Assembly (NCBI GenBank): GCA_964474825.1
Contig: CAYYWQ010000001.1
Coordinates: forward strand, 485,609-549,608
Direction: 5' to 3'
Length of the DNA stretch: 64,000 nt
Source of the DNA: an uncultured Candidatus Saccharibacteria bacterium
Lineage (GTDB): Bacteria > Patescibacteriota > Doudnabacteria > UBA920
Numbering within the stretch: position 1 is the first letter of the stretch; each line of letters starts with the position of its first letter. This document shows positions 55,958 to 63,804 of the stretch, in pieces. Made by a program: the position numbers and the translations under genes. Under the pieces are notes generated by a model. It saw nothing but the letters and a program-made list of their open reading frames with translations, did no database searches and was not told the origin of the DNA.

Positions 55958-57466
55958 TTAAGGATTGTCTTTCAACCTATTAAAATAATTAGCAATGTCG
56001 TTGTCGGTTACCATGCATTTAAAAGAATCGGCTTCATTTAGGCCCTCAACGCAAAACGCAGACCAAATATTTTTGTCGGGATACTGGTACAAGGGAAGGA
56101 CTCCGTGATTATTGCAATCGTTTGGAATTTTTGACACCAGCGATTCCCATTCTTTAAAAATATTTGGGGAATATAATACCACATCCCCGTCAATTACTTG
56201 TTCGTATGTCACCAAATTATTTATATTGTCAATTGATTCTTTAAATTCCGGATGAGCCTTACTACAATATTCGTCTATAATTTTTTTCGAGCTTTTTACG
56301 TAAAGGCTCCAATCTGTCACCCGCCTAATAACATCCGCCTCATGGAGCTGCTCGGGATATCTCTCGGGGCTGGTTCTAAGCGGCACCGGCTCGTCCACCT
56401 TTTGCAATTTTGCATAGTATTCAAGTACGCTGTTAGCGCTTGTGTTACATTTCTCTAAATCTTCGTCTGTCATGCCTAAAATACATCCCTTACTCCAAAG
56501 CACACGGTTTTCAGGAAAATGATAAACCAAGCTAATAGGTTCAGCTGCACATTCCTCGTTAATTTTATTTATAGAACTCAGCACATCATACATAATATCC
56601 GCACTGGTATAAAAAAATTGATTACCCTCTACAACCTTCCCAAATACCGGCTCTTTCCGGGTGCGGGAAACAACCATTTGGGCCTGGGCATCCGACAACT
56701 GGCAAGACTCGCTAATAAGCGGGCTGTCGCTTTTGGTATAGCTTCCCCAATTTTCCACTTCCTTCATTATTGGATAATCTTCCTGAAGCTGGCTAAATCT
56801 TTCTTTTTCTACCTTTGCCTGATTCTGGTTTACGGAATCAAAATTTAAAGCAGGCGGCTGATAATTGCCCGTGTGAGTTTTGGTATAGTTAATGGAAGTA
56901 TAAACTACCGGTAAACCAACTGCTATTAAAACGCTTAAGGCTATTTTAAAAGTACTATACTCTTCCGTGCGTCTTACAAAGTTCCTAACTATATGAACAA
57001 CCGCAATAACAACAAAAACTATACAAATAGGTAAAAGATAAAAATAAGCCTCTTTATACTCACGCAAATCAAAGATTTGGAAAAAACCAGAAAAAATTAA
57101 GTTCCTGTCCCCTCCTGAAAAAATTTGCGACTCAAAAATTATTGCTCCTAACAATGACGCGGTATATCCTATATAGATATTGCTAAATTTTTTCCAAGAA
57201 AAAACGCCAACCACTAACGAGTACGCCAATGGTAAAACAAAAATGACTTTCTCAAATCCGCTCAAAAATAATAAAAACCAACTGAAAACATACGGATTTA
57301 CTTTTGCAAAAACTGCCAACAAAACATACACAACGCTTATGGGAATATAAATTATTTCCCAAATTGTTATAACTTTATTTTTTACCGGTACTTCCACCTT
57401 CTTCGTAAGAGCACTGAAATCCGGCAAAAGATTATTACTTGGCTGCGGCTTAAATTCCTCGGGCAT
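55958..57466 (-). CDS. Membrane protein with an N-terminal multi-TM region and a C-terminal extracytoplasmic domain
   Basis: Hydropathy only. Confidence 0.35.
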   Translation of the reverse strand: MPEEFKPQPSNNLLPDFSALTKKVEVPVKNKVITIWEIIYIPISVVYVLLAVFAKVNPYVFSWFLLFLSGFEKVIFVLPLAYSLVVGVFSWKKFSNIYIGYTASLLGAIIFESQIFSGGDRNLIFSGFFQIFDLREYKEAYFYLLPICIVFVVIAVVHIVRNFVRRTEEYSTFKIALSVLIAVGLPVVYTSINYTKTHTGNYQPPALNFDSVNQNQAKVEKERFSQLQEDYPIMKEVENWGSYTKSDSPLISESCQLSDAQAQMVVSRTRKEPVFGKVVEGNQFFYTSADIMYDVLSSINKINEECAAEPISLVYHFPENRVLWSKGCILGMTDEDLEKCNTSANSVLEYYAKLQKVDEPVPLRTSPERYPEQLHEADVIRRVTDWSLYVKSSKKIIDEYCSKAHPEFKESIDNINNLVTYEQVIDGDVVLYSPNIFKEWESLVSKIPNDCNNHGVLPLYQYPDKNIWSAFCVEGLNEADSFKCMVTDNDIANYFNRLKDNP

Positions 57467-57539
57467 ATTTATTTTATCTAAACTTCAACAAATCTTCTGT
57501 GGCGTAAGCCAGGCGAAGTCTGGAGCGGGACAAGAGAAT

Positions 57540-57577
57540 CCCCGCCCAAATGCCCGCAACGGGCTTTTGGCGGAGAA
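57540..57577. repeat. GC-rich extended hairpin module, copy A, downstream of tRNA-Gly
   Basis: ccccgcccaaatg-cccgcaacgggc-ttttggcggagaa. It is homologous to copy B at 57999-58041. Confidence 0.55.
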
Positions 57578-57595
57578 CCCAACAAAAAATCCGTA

Positions 57596-57669
57596 TGGAG
57601 CGGGATACGGGAATCGAACCCGTGTCTAAACCATGGGAAGGTCTCATACTACCATTGTACTAATCCCGC
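57596..57669 (-). tRNA. tRNA-Gly (anticodon CCC) with encoded CCA
   Basis: Cloverleaf GCGGGAT/ATCCCGC, anticodon arm AGACC-TTCCCAT-GGTTT, and T-arm ACGGG-TTCGATT-CCCGT. Confidence 0.75.
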
Positions 57670-57942
57670 ATTTAAATCTTTTAAATAAGTATCTAATCGT
57701 TTGTTAATATAACCTCTACCAAAACCTGTCTTTAATTGTAACTCTCTTTTTCTCGCATCTGTTTTATTTAAACAGGATTCATAATAAACAAGGATAATCT
57801 TATCAAACTTAGATGTTGTTTTAACTTCTGCGTTTTTATGTTCTGTAAGACGATTTTTTAAATCTTCTGTGAAGCCAATATAAAATTCGTGCGAGTTCTT
57901 ATCTTCGTTATTAGAACATAATAACACATACGTATAATACAT
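57649..57942 (-). CDS. Small GIY-YIG nuclease-domain protein. Its last 6 codons and the stop are tRNA-Gly sequence.
   Basis: YTYVLLCSNN...FYIGFTEDLKNRLTEHK. The C-terminus AGLVQW* is encoded by tRNA positions 1-21. Confidence 0.6.
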   Translation of the reverse strand: MYYTYVLLCSNNEDKNSHEFYIGFTEDLKNRLTEHKNAEVKTTSKFDKIILVYYESCLNKTDARKRELQLKTGFGRGYINKRLDTYLKDLNAGLVQW

Positions 57943-57998
57943 AAACTAGTCGGCTAACTTGGCCCGCCCAAAGGCCGCTTTAGCGGCCATTATGGCGG

Positions 57999-58041
57999 GT
58001 CCGCCTAAATGTCCCGCCTCAGCGGGACTTTGGGCGGAGAA
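57999..58041. repeat. GC-rich extended hairpin module, copy B
   Basis: gtccgcctaaatg-tcccgcctcagcgggac-tttgggcggagaa. Confidence 0.55.
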
Positions 58042-58071
58042 GGTCTCATACTACCATTGTACTAATCCCGC
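58039..58071 (-). repeat. Duplicate of tRNA-Gly positions 1-33 (5' exon-like fragment ending in the anticodon loop)
   Basis: The 33 nt are identical to 57637-57669, 402 bp away. Confidence 0.7.
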
Positions 58072-58079
58072 ATGTGATA

Positions 58080-58571
58080 TTACTTTATAAACAGACGATA
58101 AAAAAAGCCAAAAAATGGGTCAGACTTTTCTCCAAAAGCCATAACACCTCCCAGACCACCGGTAATTGTTACAGATATAAGTCCTAACATCGCTAAGATA
58201 ATTATCCATTTTGATTCAACAATTTTTGTGCCGCAGTCTACAGCCAGTTTCCAAAACCGATTTTGAACGGGTATAACTTTTCCCAACCAGGCAAAGGCAT
58301 AACTTAAGGCAATGGCAAGAAAAATCCCAAAAGTTGTCCAAGCAAAAAACTCATGATACTCCAAAGCCGGATGGCCTTCCATTAAATCTTCTATAAGTAA
58401 ACCGGTTGTAATAGTAACCACAGCGGACAGAGCCCCAATAATCACCAACACAGCCTTAATGTAAAACCAATAGAGTTGGCGGGTTATAAAATCAAAACGC
58501 GCCATTTCCGCTAAAGCGTAAATAGTAAAAAATGCTATGGGAAAATGGACAAAAATTACATGTAAATTCAT
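58080..58571 (-). CDS. Small polytopic membrane protein
   Basis: Four TM helices. Confidence 0.3.
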   Translation of the reverse strand: MNLHVIFVHFPIAFFTIYALAEMARFDFITRQLYWFYIKAVLVIIGALSAVVTITTGLLIEDLMEGHPALEYHEFFAWTTFGIFLAIALSYAFAWLGKVIPVQNRFWKLAVDCGTKIVESKWIIILAMLGLISVTITGGLGGVMAFGEKSDPFFGFFYRLFIK

Positions 58572-58575
58572 AAAT

Positions 58576-58670
58576 CTACGGAACTACGGATTAGATTCAC
58601 TACAGATACCTACAGAAAACTGCAGTCCTTCCGTAGGTATCTGTAGTGTTTTACTTCTGTAGTTCTGTAG
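58576..58670. repeat. GTAG/CTAC-rich palindromic element, intergenic
   Basis: cactacagatacctacag ... ccgtaggtatctgtagtg is a near-perfect 18-bp inverted repeat. The outer arms ctacggaactacgg / ctgtagttctgtag extend it. Confidence 0.6.
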
Positions 58671-58722
58671 ACATTATAGCAGATTTTGACAACTGTAAAA
58701 GACTATGGGAGAATAAGTTTAG

Positions 58723-60246
58723 ATGCCACTAACACTCAAAAGAAAAATTCCGGCCACAATGGCCACCCAGCATCCGGACCACGCGGCCCGGCCGTTCTGG
58801 CATAAAGATATTTTTATTCCCGCTGTTGAAGAAGCACGGGAATTATTTTTGTCTTTTTCCGACTTAGGCATTTCCGAATACAAGTGGGACTGGGAAGGAA
58901 AATTAGTTGACGAATCTGTCTTGGAACGTTTAATGGCCCAGTATTTTGACTACTTTAAAAAGAACAAATTAGGTTGGGACAAATTCCTGACTTTCCGCCT
59001 CCCTAACCCAAAAGTAGAAACAGAATTTAGGCTGGGCCGGGCTCTTATGGGCATTGCTTCTTCTGCGGCTCTTGCCAAACAAGTTGGTATACACTCCCCT
59101 CCTTTGTTTGAGGTAATTTTACCAATGACCGAAAGCGCGGAAGAAATGTTGGCTATTCAGGAAGCATTTAAAGAAATTGCTCACTTAAAACATCCATTAA
59201 ACCGTTTTGAAAAAGACATTCTTAGCCACATAATGATGGTGCCACTTTTTGAACAAGTCAGCACTATTATTAACTCCCATAAAATTTTAGAAAAATATTT
59301 ACGGGACCACAAAAAAATATTTGGTTTCGCTCCGGCTTACATGAGGCCTTATGTGGCACGCTCAGACCCCGCGCTTAACTCCGGCATTGTGCCCACCGTT
59401 ATTGCCATAAAAATTGCTTTGTCGCGCTACAAAAAATTTGAACGTAAACATAAACTACCAATGTTTCCGGTAATTGGCTGTGGCTGCCTGCCTTTCCGCG
59501 GCGGTTTGTATCCGCTTAGGCCGGAAAGATTCATAAATGAATACAAAGGCATTCGCACTGTAACTATTCAGAGCGCCTTTAGGTATGACTATCCTAAACA
59601 AACAGTAATAAAAGCAATTAAAGCCCTGGAAAAAGGTTTGCCAAAAAATCAGCCCGTGGTAATGACAGATTCCGAGGAAGAAAAGCTGGTGCAGGCCATA
59701 AAACCTTTTGAAGCTGCCTATAAAAATACCGTAGAAGGCTTGGCACCCGTAATTAACAAACTTGCCACGTTTATTCCCAGAAGGCGTGAACGTGTTCAGC
59801 ATATTGGACTCTTTGGCTACAGCCGCGGTACTGGAAAAGTTAGCTTGCCACGCGCTATTAGCTTTACGGCTATATTATATTCTTTGGGCGTGCCGCCGGA
59901 ACTTATTGGCACTGGCCGCGGTTTGGCTGCCGCGCGCAGAGCGGGCACACTCCCGCTAATAGAAAAGCATTACACCAACCTGAGGCATGATTTGTATTTT
60001 GCAGGAAAGTTTTTATACAAACCGGGTCTAGCTAATTTAGCCAAAAAATCCAAAGCCTGGAAAAATATTTTAGAAGACGTGGAAGAAATAGAAAATTATT
60101 TAGGTAAACCACTTGCGCCAAAGTATTTAAATGAACAAGAACACCAGCTAATTTCCGCAAGAATCCATAAAAACTTAAACTCCAGCAAAGAAACTTTAGG
60201 TAAGCTTATAGAACAATCGGCTGTCTTGAGAAAAAGCATGGGGTAA
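58723..60246 (+). CDS. ppcA: Archaeal-type phosphoenolpyruvate carboxylase
   Basis: The N-terminal IPATMATQHPDHA matches the atPEPC signature (IPRxMSTQHPDN). The length is about 507 aa. Confidence 0.65.
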   Translation: MPLTLKRKIPATMATQHPDHAARPFWHKDIFIPAVEEARELFLSFSDLGISEYKWDWEGKLVDESVLERLMAQYFDYFKKNKLGWDKFLTFRLPNPKVETEFRLGRALMGIASSAALAKQVGIHSPPLFEVILPMTESAEEMLAIQEAFKEIAHLKHPLNRFEKDILSHIMMVPLFEQVSTIINSHKILEKYLRDHKKIFGFAPAYMRPYVARSDPALNSGIVPTVIAIKIALSRYKKFERKHKLPMFPVIGCGCLPFRGGLYPLRPERFINEYKGIRTVTIQSAFRYDYPKQTVIKAIKALEKGLPKNQPVVMTDSEEEKLVQAIKPFEAAYKNTVEGLAPVINKLATFIPRRRERVQHIGLFGYSRGTGKVSLPRAISFTAILYSLGVPPELIGTGRGLAAARRAGTLPLIEKHYTNLRHDLYFAGKFLYKPGLANLAKKSKAWKNILEDVEEIENYLGKPLAPKYLNEQEHQLISARIHKNLNSSKETLGKLIEQSAVLRKSMG

Positions 60247-60409
60247 TATGGAAAACAAAGAAAATTTTATTGATGAAATACGGGATCAAGAATTAGAACA
60301 CTACAACGATGTCCGAAGTGATGAATTTGGGTATTCTCCTCCGGCAAATGAATGGGCGGATAAAGATAACCCAAAAACTCCGAAAAATAAACAAAAATAA
60401 TTTAAATTT

Positions 60410-60452
60410 ATTACCACTTTTACTACAAATGGATATAAAGTGGTAATTTTTT
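60410..60452 (+). terminator. Rho-independent terminator after ppcA and a small downstream ORF
   Basis: attaccacttt...aaagtggtaat followed by ttttt. Confidence 0.55.
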
Positions 60453-60469
60453 ATTGGTTAAAAATGTTA

Positions 60470-60501
60470 GATTCGGCGGGAAGAGGTTTTCCCGCCGAAT
60501 C
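60470..60501 (-). terminator. Hairpin terminator downstream of the zinc-ribbon gene
   Basis: Perfect 12-bp stem gattcggcggga / tcccgccgaatc. Confidence 0.5.
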
Positions 60502-60507
60502 CAGACG

Positions 60508-60846
60508 TTAGGCGACCAAATGGGCTGCGACAAAATGGTACGGGCAGGGCGCCCGCGGATCTAGAGCGAGAACAGGAGCGAGAAACTCCGTTCCGCAATC
60601 ACCGCAGACCGCGCTGATGCGACCCCAGCTTTGATAGCTAGAGCGGAAGTGCTCCCCTCCGCACATGGGACATCTTCGGGACTCTCGAATCCCGCGATAA
60701 TCCAGTTTTCCACAGAGGATATTATCGCACCGAGACGAAACCATCCACTCGCCAACCTTCAGTTTTACCTTGCAGTGGGCACAATGACCCACTTTTGGCC
60801 CTATCATATTACTTTTCCTCCCCAAAGTTTTCAGTGCTGACCGCAA
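60508..60846 (-). CDS. Cys-rich zinc-ribbon protein on a GC-rich islet
   Basis: CAHC...CDNILC...CPMCGG...CGDCG. The DNA is about 58% GC. Confidence 0.4.
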   Translation of the reverse strand: MRSALKTLGRKSNMIGPKVGHCAHCKVKLKVGEWMVSSRCDNILCGKLDYRGIRESRRCPMCGGEHFRSSYQSWGRISAVCGDCGTEFLAPVLALDPRAPCPYHFVAAHLVA

Positions 60847-61023
60847 TCACCCTCTTGGGATTTACATAACGGGCACCATCCGAAAACCTTATACTAAAAA
60901 AGCCCTTGCTTTCGCAAGGGCTTTGAAATTGCAATTCAAAGTCAACCCTTGCGAAGCAAAGGCATCATCATGCTGCTGAATTGGAAATTCCTGAATGTCA
61001 TATTTATATGTTAAGATTAGTCT

Positions 61024-61965
61024 ATGAATAAAAATGTGTCAAATTCTTCTGTTCTAATAGTTGGCTCAATAGCTTACGATACAATTAAAACACCCTTTGG
61101 GGAAATTGATAATGCCTTAGGCGGCAGCGGAACTTATTTTAGCCTGACTTCTTCTTTGTTTTCCAAAACCCAAATTGTTGGCGTTGTGGGAGAAGATTTT
61201 AAAAAGGCTGATGAACAATTATTATTAAGTCATGGGGTAGATATTTCCGGCATTGAACACCAAGCAGGAAAAACTTTTCGTTGGGGCGGAGAATATAGTT
61301 TTGATTTAAATAACAGAACAACTTTATTTACAGAACTAAACGTTTTGGAAAATTTTGACCCAAAACTTTCTGAAAATCATAAACAAGCGGAATACGTTTT
61401 TCTGGGCAACACACACCCAAGCGTACAAAAAAAAGTTTTAGAGCAAATGACTCAGGCAAAATTTATTGGCCTGGACACCATGAATTTTTGGATAGAAAAA
61501 ACACCTAACGAGCTTAAAGAAGTTCTAAAATTAACAGACTGTCTAATTATTAACGACTCCGAGGCAAGGGAGTTTTCCAAGGAACATAACCTGGTTAAGG
61601 CTGCAAAAAAAATAATGGGGGCCATGGGCGAAAAGGAAAGCAAAACCCTCATAATCAAACGCGGGGAATATGGACTGCTAATGTTCAATAAAAACGAAAT
61701 TTTTCATTTACCGGGCTACCCCTTGGAAGACGTTGTTGACCCCACAGGCGCGGGAGACAGTTTTGCCGGTGGGTTTATGGGCTTTTTGGCAAAGACACAA
61801 GACTCAACTTTTGAAAACTTAAAACGAGCCTGTGTTTACGGTTCGGTTACTGCTAGCTTTTGCTGCGAAAAATTGGGAACCAACCGGCTCCAAGAAATAA
61901 CAGCCGCCGATATTAACCAAAGATTTAAAGAATTCAAACAGCTGACCCAATTTGAAACACTTTAA
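61024..61965 (+). CDS. PfkB-family carbohydrate kinase (ribokinase-like)
   Basis: DPTGAGDSFAGGFMGFL (anion hole, ATP site). Confidence 0.75.
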   Translation: MNKNVSNSSVLIVGSIAYDTIKTPFGEIDNALGGSGTYFSLTSSLFSKTQIVGVVGEDFKKADEQLLLSHGVDISGIEHQAGKTFRWGGEYSFDLNNRTTLFTELNVLENFDPKLSENHKQAEYVFLGNTHPSVQKKVLEQMTQAKFIGLDTMNFWIEKTPNELKEVLKLTDCLIINDSEAREFSKEHNLVKAAKKIMGAMGEKESKTLIIKRGEYGLLMFNKNEIFHLPGYPLEDVVDPTGAGDSFAGGFMGFLAKTQDSTFENLKRACVYGSVTASFCCEKLGTNRLQEITAADINQRFKEFKQLTQFETL

Positions 61966-61976
61966 TATTCAAAAAA

Positions 61977-62001
61977 CACCCCGACGAATCGGGGTGTTTT
62001 T
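61977..62001 (+). terminator. Rho-independent terminator after the pfkB-family gene
   Basis: caccccg-acgaat-cggggtg followed by tttttat. Confidence 0.65.
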
Positions 62002-62003
62002 AT

Positions 62004-62507
62004 TTAATCTTGTTTGTCTTTCATCCAATTGTCCATTATGTCTGGGTTAAAATGGTAAGTCCGTCCGCGAACTTGCCATTCTAAGGGAATTTTAAAAAAT
62101 ACCATAACAACAGCCGCGGCAACAACTAGCATTAAAATAATGCTAATAATTTTAGCAAACCAATTGCCGTGGGCCAAAATGGAAAGCCCGGCAAAAATTA
62201 TTAGCACCGGCCAAATATGTGAGAAAAATACACCCCAAGGTACAGGCTCAACATAACCTAAAGAGCGGGCCAAAAGCATTGCGCCTATTAAAACAACAAT
62301 CAAACCCCAAAAAAAACTGCTGACCCAGTCCCCGCCTTTGTAATGATGGCGATAGCTTAAATTATCAAACCGCTTCATTTGCTCCTGCTCGGGCGTGGCT
62401 TTTTCTTCCACTGGCCTGGGCTGGTATGGGGTTTGCTGATTTTGATTATTATCCATAAATTTTAAATTAGCTACGATGTCCGCGGGACAAAATCGAAATA
62501 CCAACAA
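62004..62507 (-). CDS. Membrane protein
   Basis: Three or four TM helices. Confidence 0.3.
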   Translation of the reverse strand: MLVFRFCPADIVANLKFMDNNQNQQTPYQPRPVEEKATPEQEQMKRFDNLSYRHHYKGGDWVSSFFWGLIVVLIGAMLLARSLGYVEPVPWGVFFSHIWPVLIIFAGLSILAHGNWFAKIISIILMLVVAAAVVMVFFKIPLEWQVRGRTYHFNPDIMDNWMKDKQD

Positions 62508-62949
62508 TAATTATGGCAACGGGCCACAACACGTCCCAACGGATCCAGTTTTGTGGAAATAATTTATTAACTAAAAGCAAGGCCCCAACAATAACAACGA
62601 TCATACCAAACCAAGCGCGGCTGTTATTTCTGTGCTTTTGAAATTCCGGCGAACGCCTGGCTTCTGCTGCCCAGTGCTGGGCACTGCCTTTTACGTCTGC
62701 TACGAAGTCATGGAATTGGCCTTTAGGGTCAACTCCCGGTTCAGGCTGTCCCGGCCATGGAGCTTTGGGAATTATAATGGCTAACAATATATACAGCAAA
62801 ACCCCGCCTCCGCCCGCAAAAACTAATACCGCAAAAATTATGCGAAAAATAAGCGGGTCCATATTAAAATATTCGCCCATGCCGCCGCAAACCCCGGCAA
62901 TAATTTTGTCCGTCCGGCTTCTATACAATCTTTTAGGTAAATTTTCCAT
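62467..62949 (-). CDS. PspC-domain membrane protein
   Basis: DKIIAGVCGGMGEYFNMDPLIFRIIFAVL. Confidence 0.65.
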   Translation of the reverse strand: MENLPKRLYRSRTDKIIAGVCGGMGEYFNMDPLIFRIIFAVLVFAGGGGVLLYILLAIIIPKAPWPGQPEPGVDPKGQFHDFVADVKGSAQHWAAEARRSPEFQKHRNNSRAWFGMIVVIVGALLLVNKLFPQNWIRWDVLWPVAIIIVGISILSRGHRS

Positions 62950-63077
62950 AAATTTTAAATTAATAATTTGTCGCTTTTAATTATACTACTTTTTTAAGTT
63001 TGCATCCACTGAATTGACTAAACCGCTGAAAATACGTAGACTACTGTCAGTCTGAAGCAATAAGGAGGAGGACACAC

Positions 63078-63290
63078 ATGTCGCACCGGCGGCAAAGAAC
63101 TCGTACAGAAAAAAGGGTTACTGAGCCTCGCTCACTAATAATCCCTATCGGGGTTAATCCTGCGAGCGAAGCTATCGGCTGCAATTTCGCGCTCCGGGAC
63201 TGTAACAAAGAATTGGCTAAGATTCGCCGAGACCACGAGGACCCGGCCGCGCAACTAGCGCGGCCAGAAGGACTGACAAAACAGACATGA
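63078..63290 (+). CDS. Small basic protein on a GC-rich islet, first gene of a two-ORF pair
   Basis: Strong SD aaggaggagg 6 nt upstream of the ATG. The DNA is about 58% GC. Confidence 0.35.
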   Translation: MSHRRQRTRTEKRVTEPRSLIIPIGVNPASEAIGCNFALRDCNKELAKIRRDHEDPAAQLARPEGLTKQT

Positions 63291-63496
63291 ACGGAAGAAA
63301 AGACGCGCACAAAGGAAGTCCCTGCCACGGGACACTGGATTTTCAACTCGCCCCCACAGCTTCCACGGCTCCGCAGGAAGAAGACGAGTCAGAAGCGTTG
63401 GTATACAACCCGGTTTTCTACGGCCGCACACGGCCGATTTACAAAACCGATAGCGGTAATGTGGCGGGCTCGTCGCAATTGCCAAAGAACCGCTAG
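63287..63496 (+). CDS. Small acidic protein, second gene of the pair. Its start overlaps the upstream stop (ATGA).
   Basis: ATGA overlap and GC-rich codons. Confidence 0.3.
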   Translation: MNGRKDAHKGSPCHGTLDFQLAPTASTAPQEEDESEALVYNPVFYGRTRPIYKTDSGNVAGSSQLPKNR

Positions 63497-63804
63497 TCGA
63501 CATCGCTCTACCCAATGGTGGGCGCGAGTTTCAAGACTCCGCGCCCACTCATCATTTCATATATATTCCATTTGTGGAAAACTTCAAAATACTTCAAAAA
63601 TCAAGCTCAAATTCAACCATTTGACACCATAATATAATCTGTTATTATAAGAAAGTAAAACATAATATAAAGTTAAAAAAAACACCCTAACGCTCTTTTT
63701 GAGCAATTTGCAAACAGGTGTTTTTTGCGTTTAAGATGTAGCCCATCTTAAATCATTAATCTTAAATCCTAAATCTACTAGGGGGGAGAAAGAAACAAAT
63801 TATA

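Noticed and set aside
63040-63540. Possible tmRNA, RNase P RNA or SRP RNA in the last GC-rich islet
   Set aside because: I could not find the tmRNA acceptor/T-arm pairing, the RNase P CR-II (GGAAAGUCCGGGCUCC) motif or the SRP domain-IV motif on either strand. A strong SD plus two coupled ORFs fits coding sequence better.
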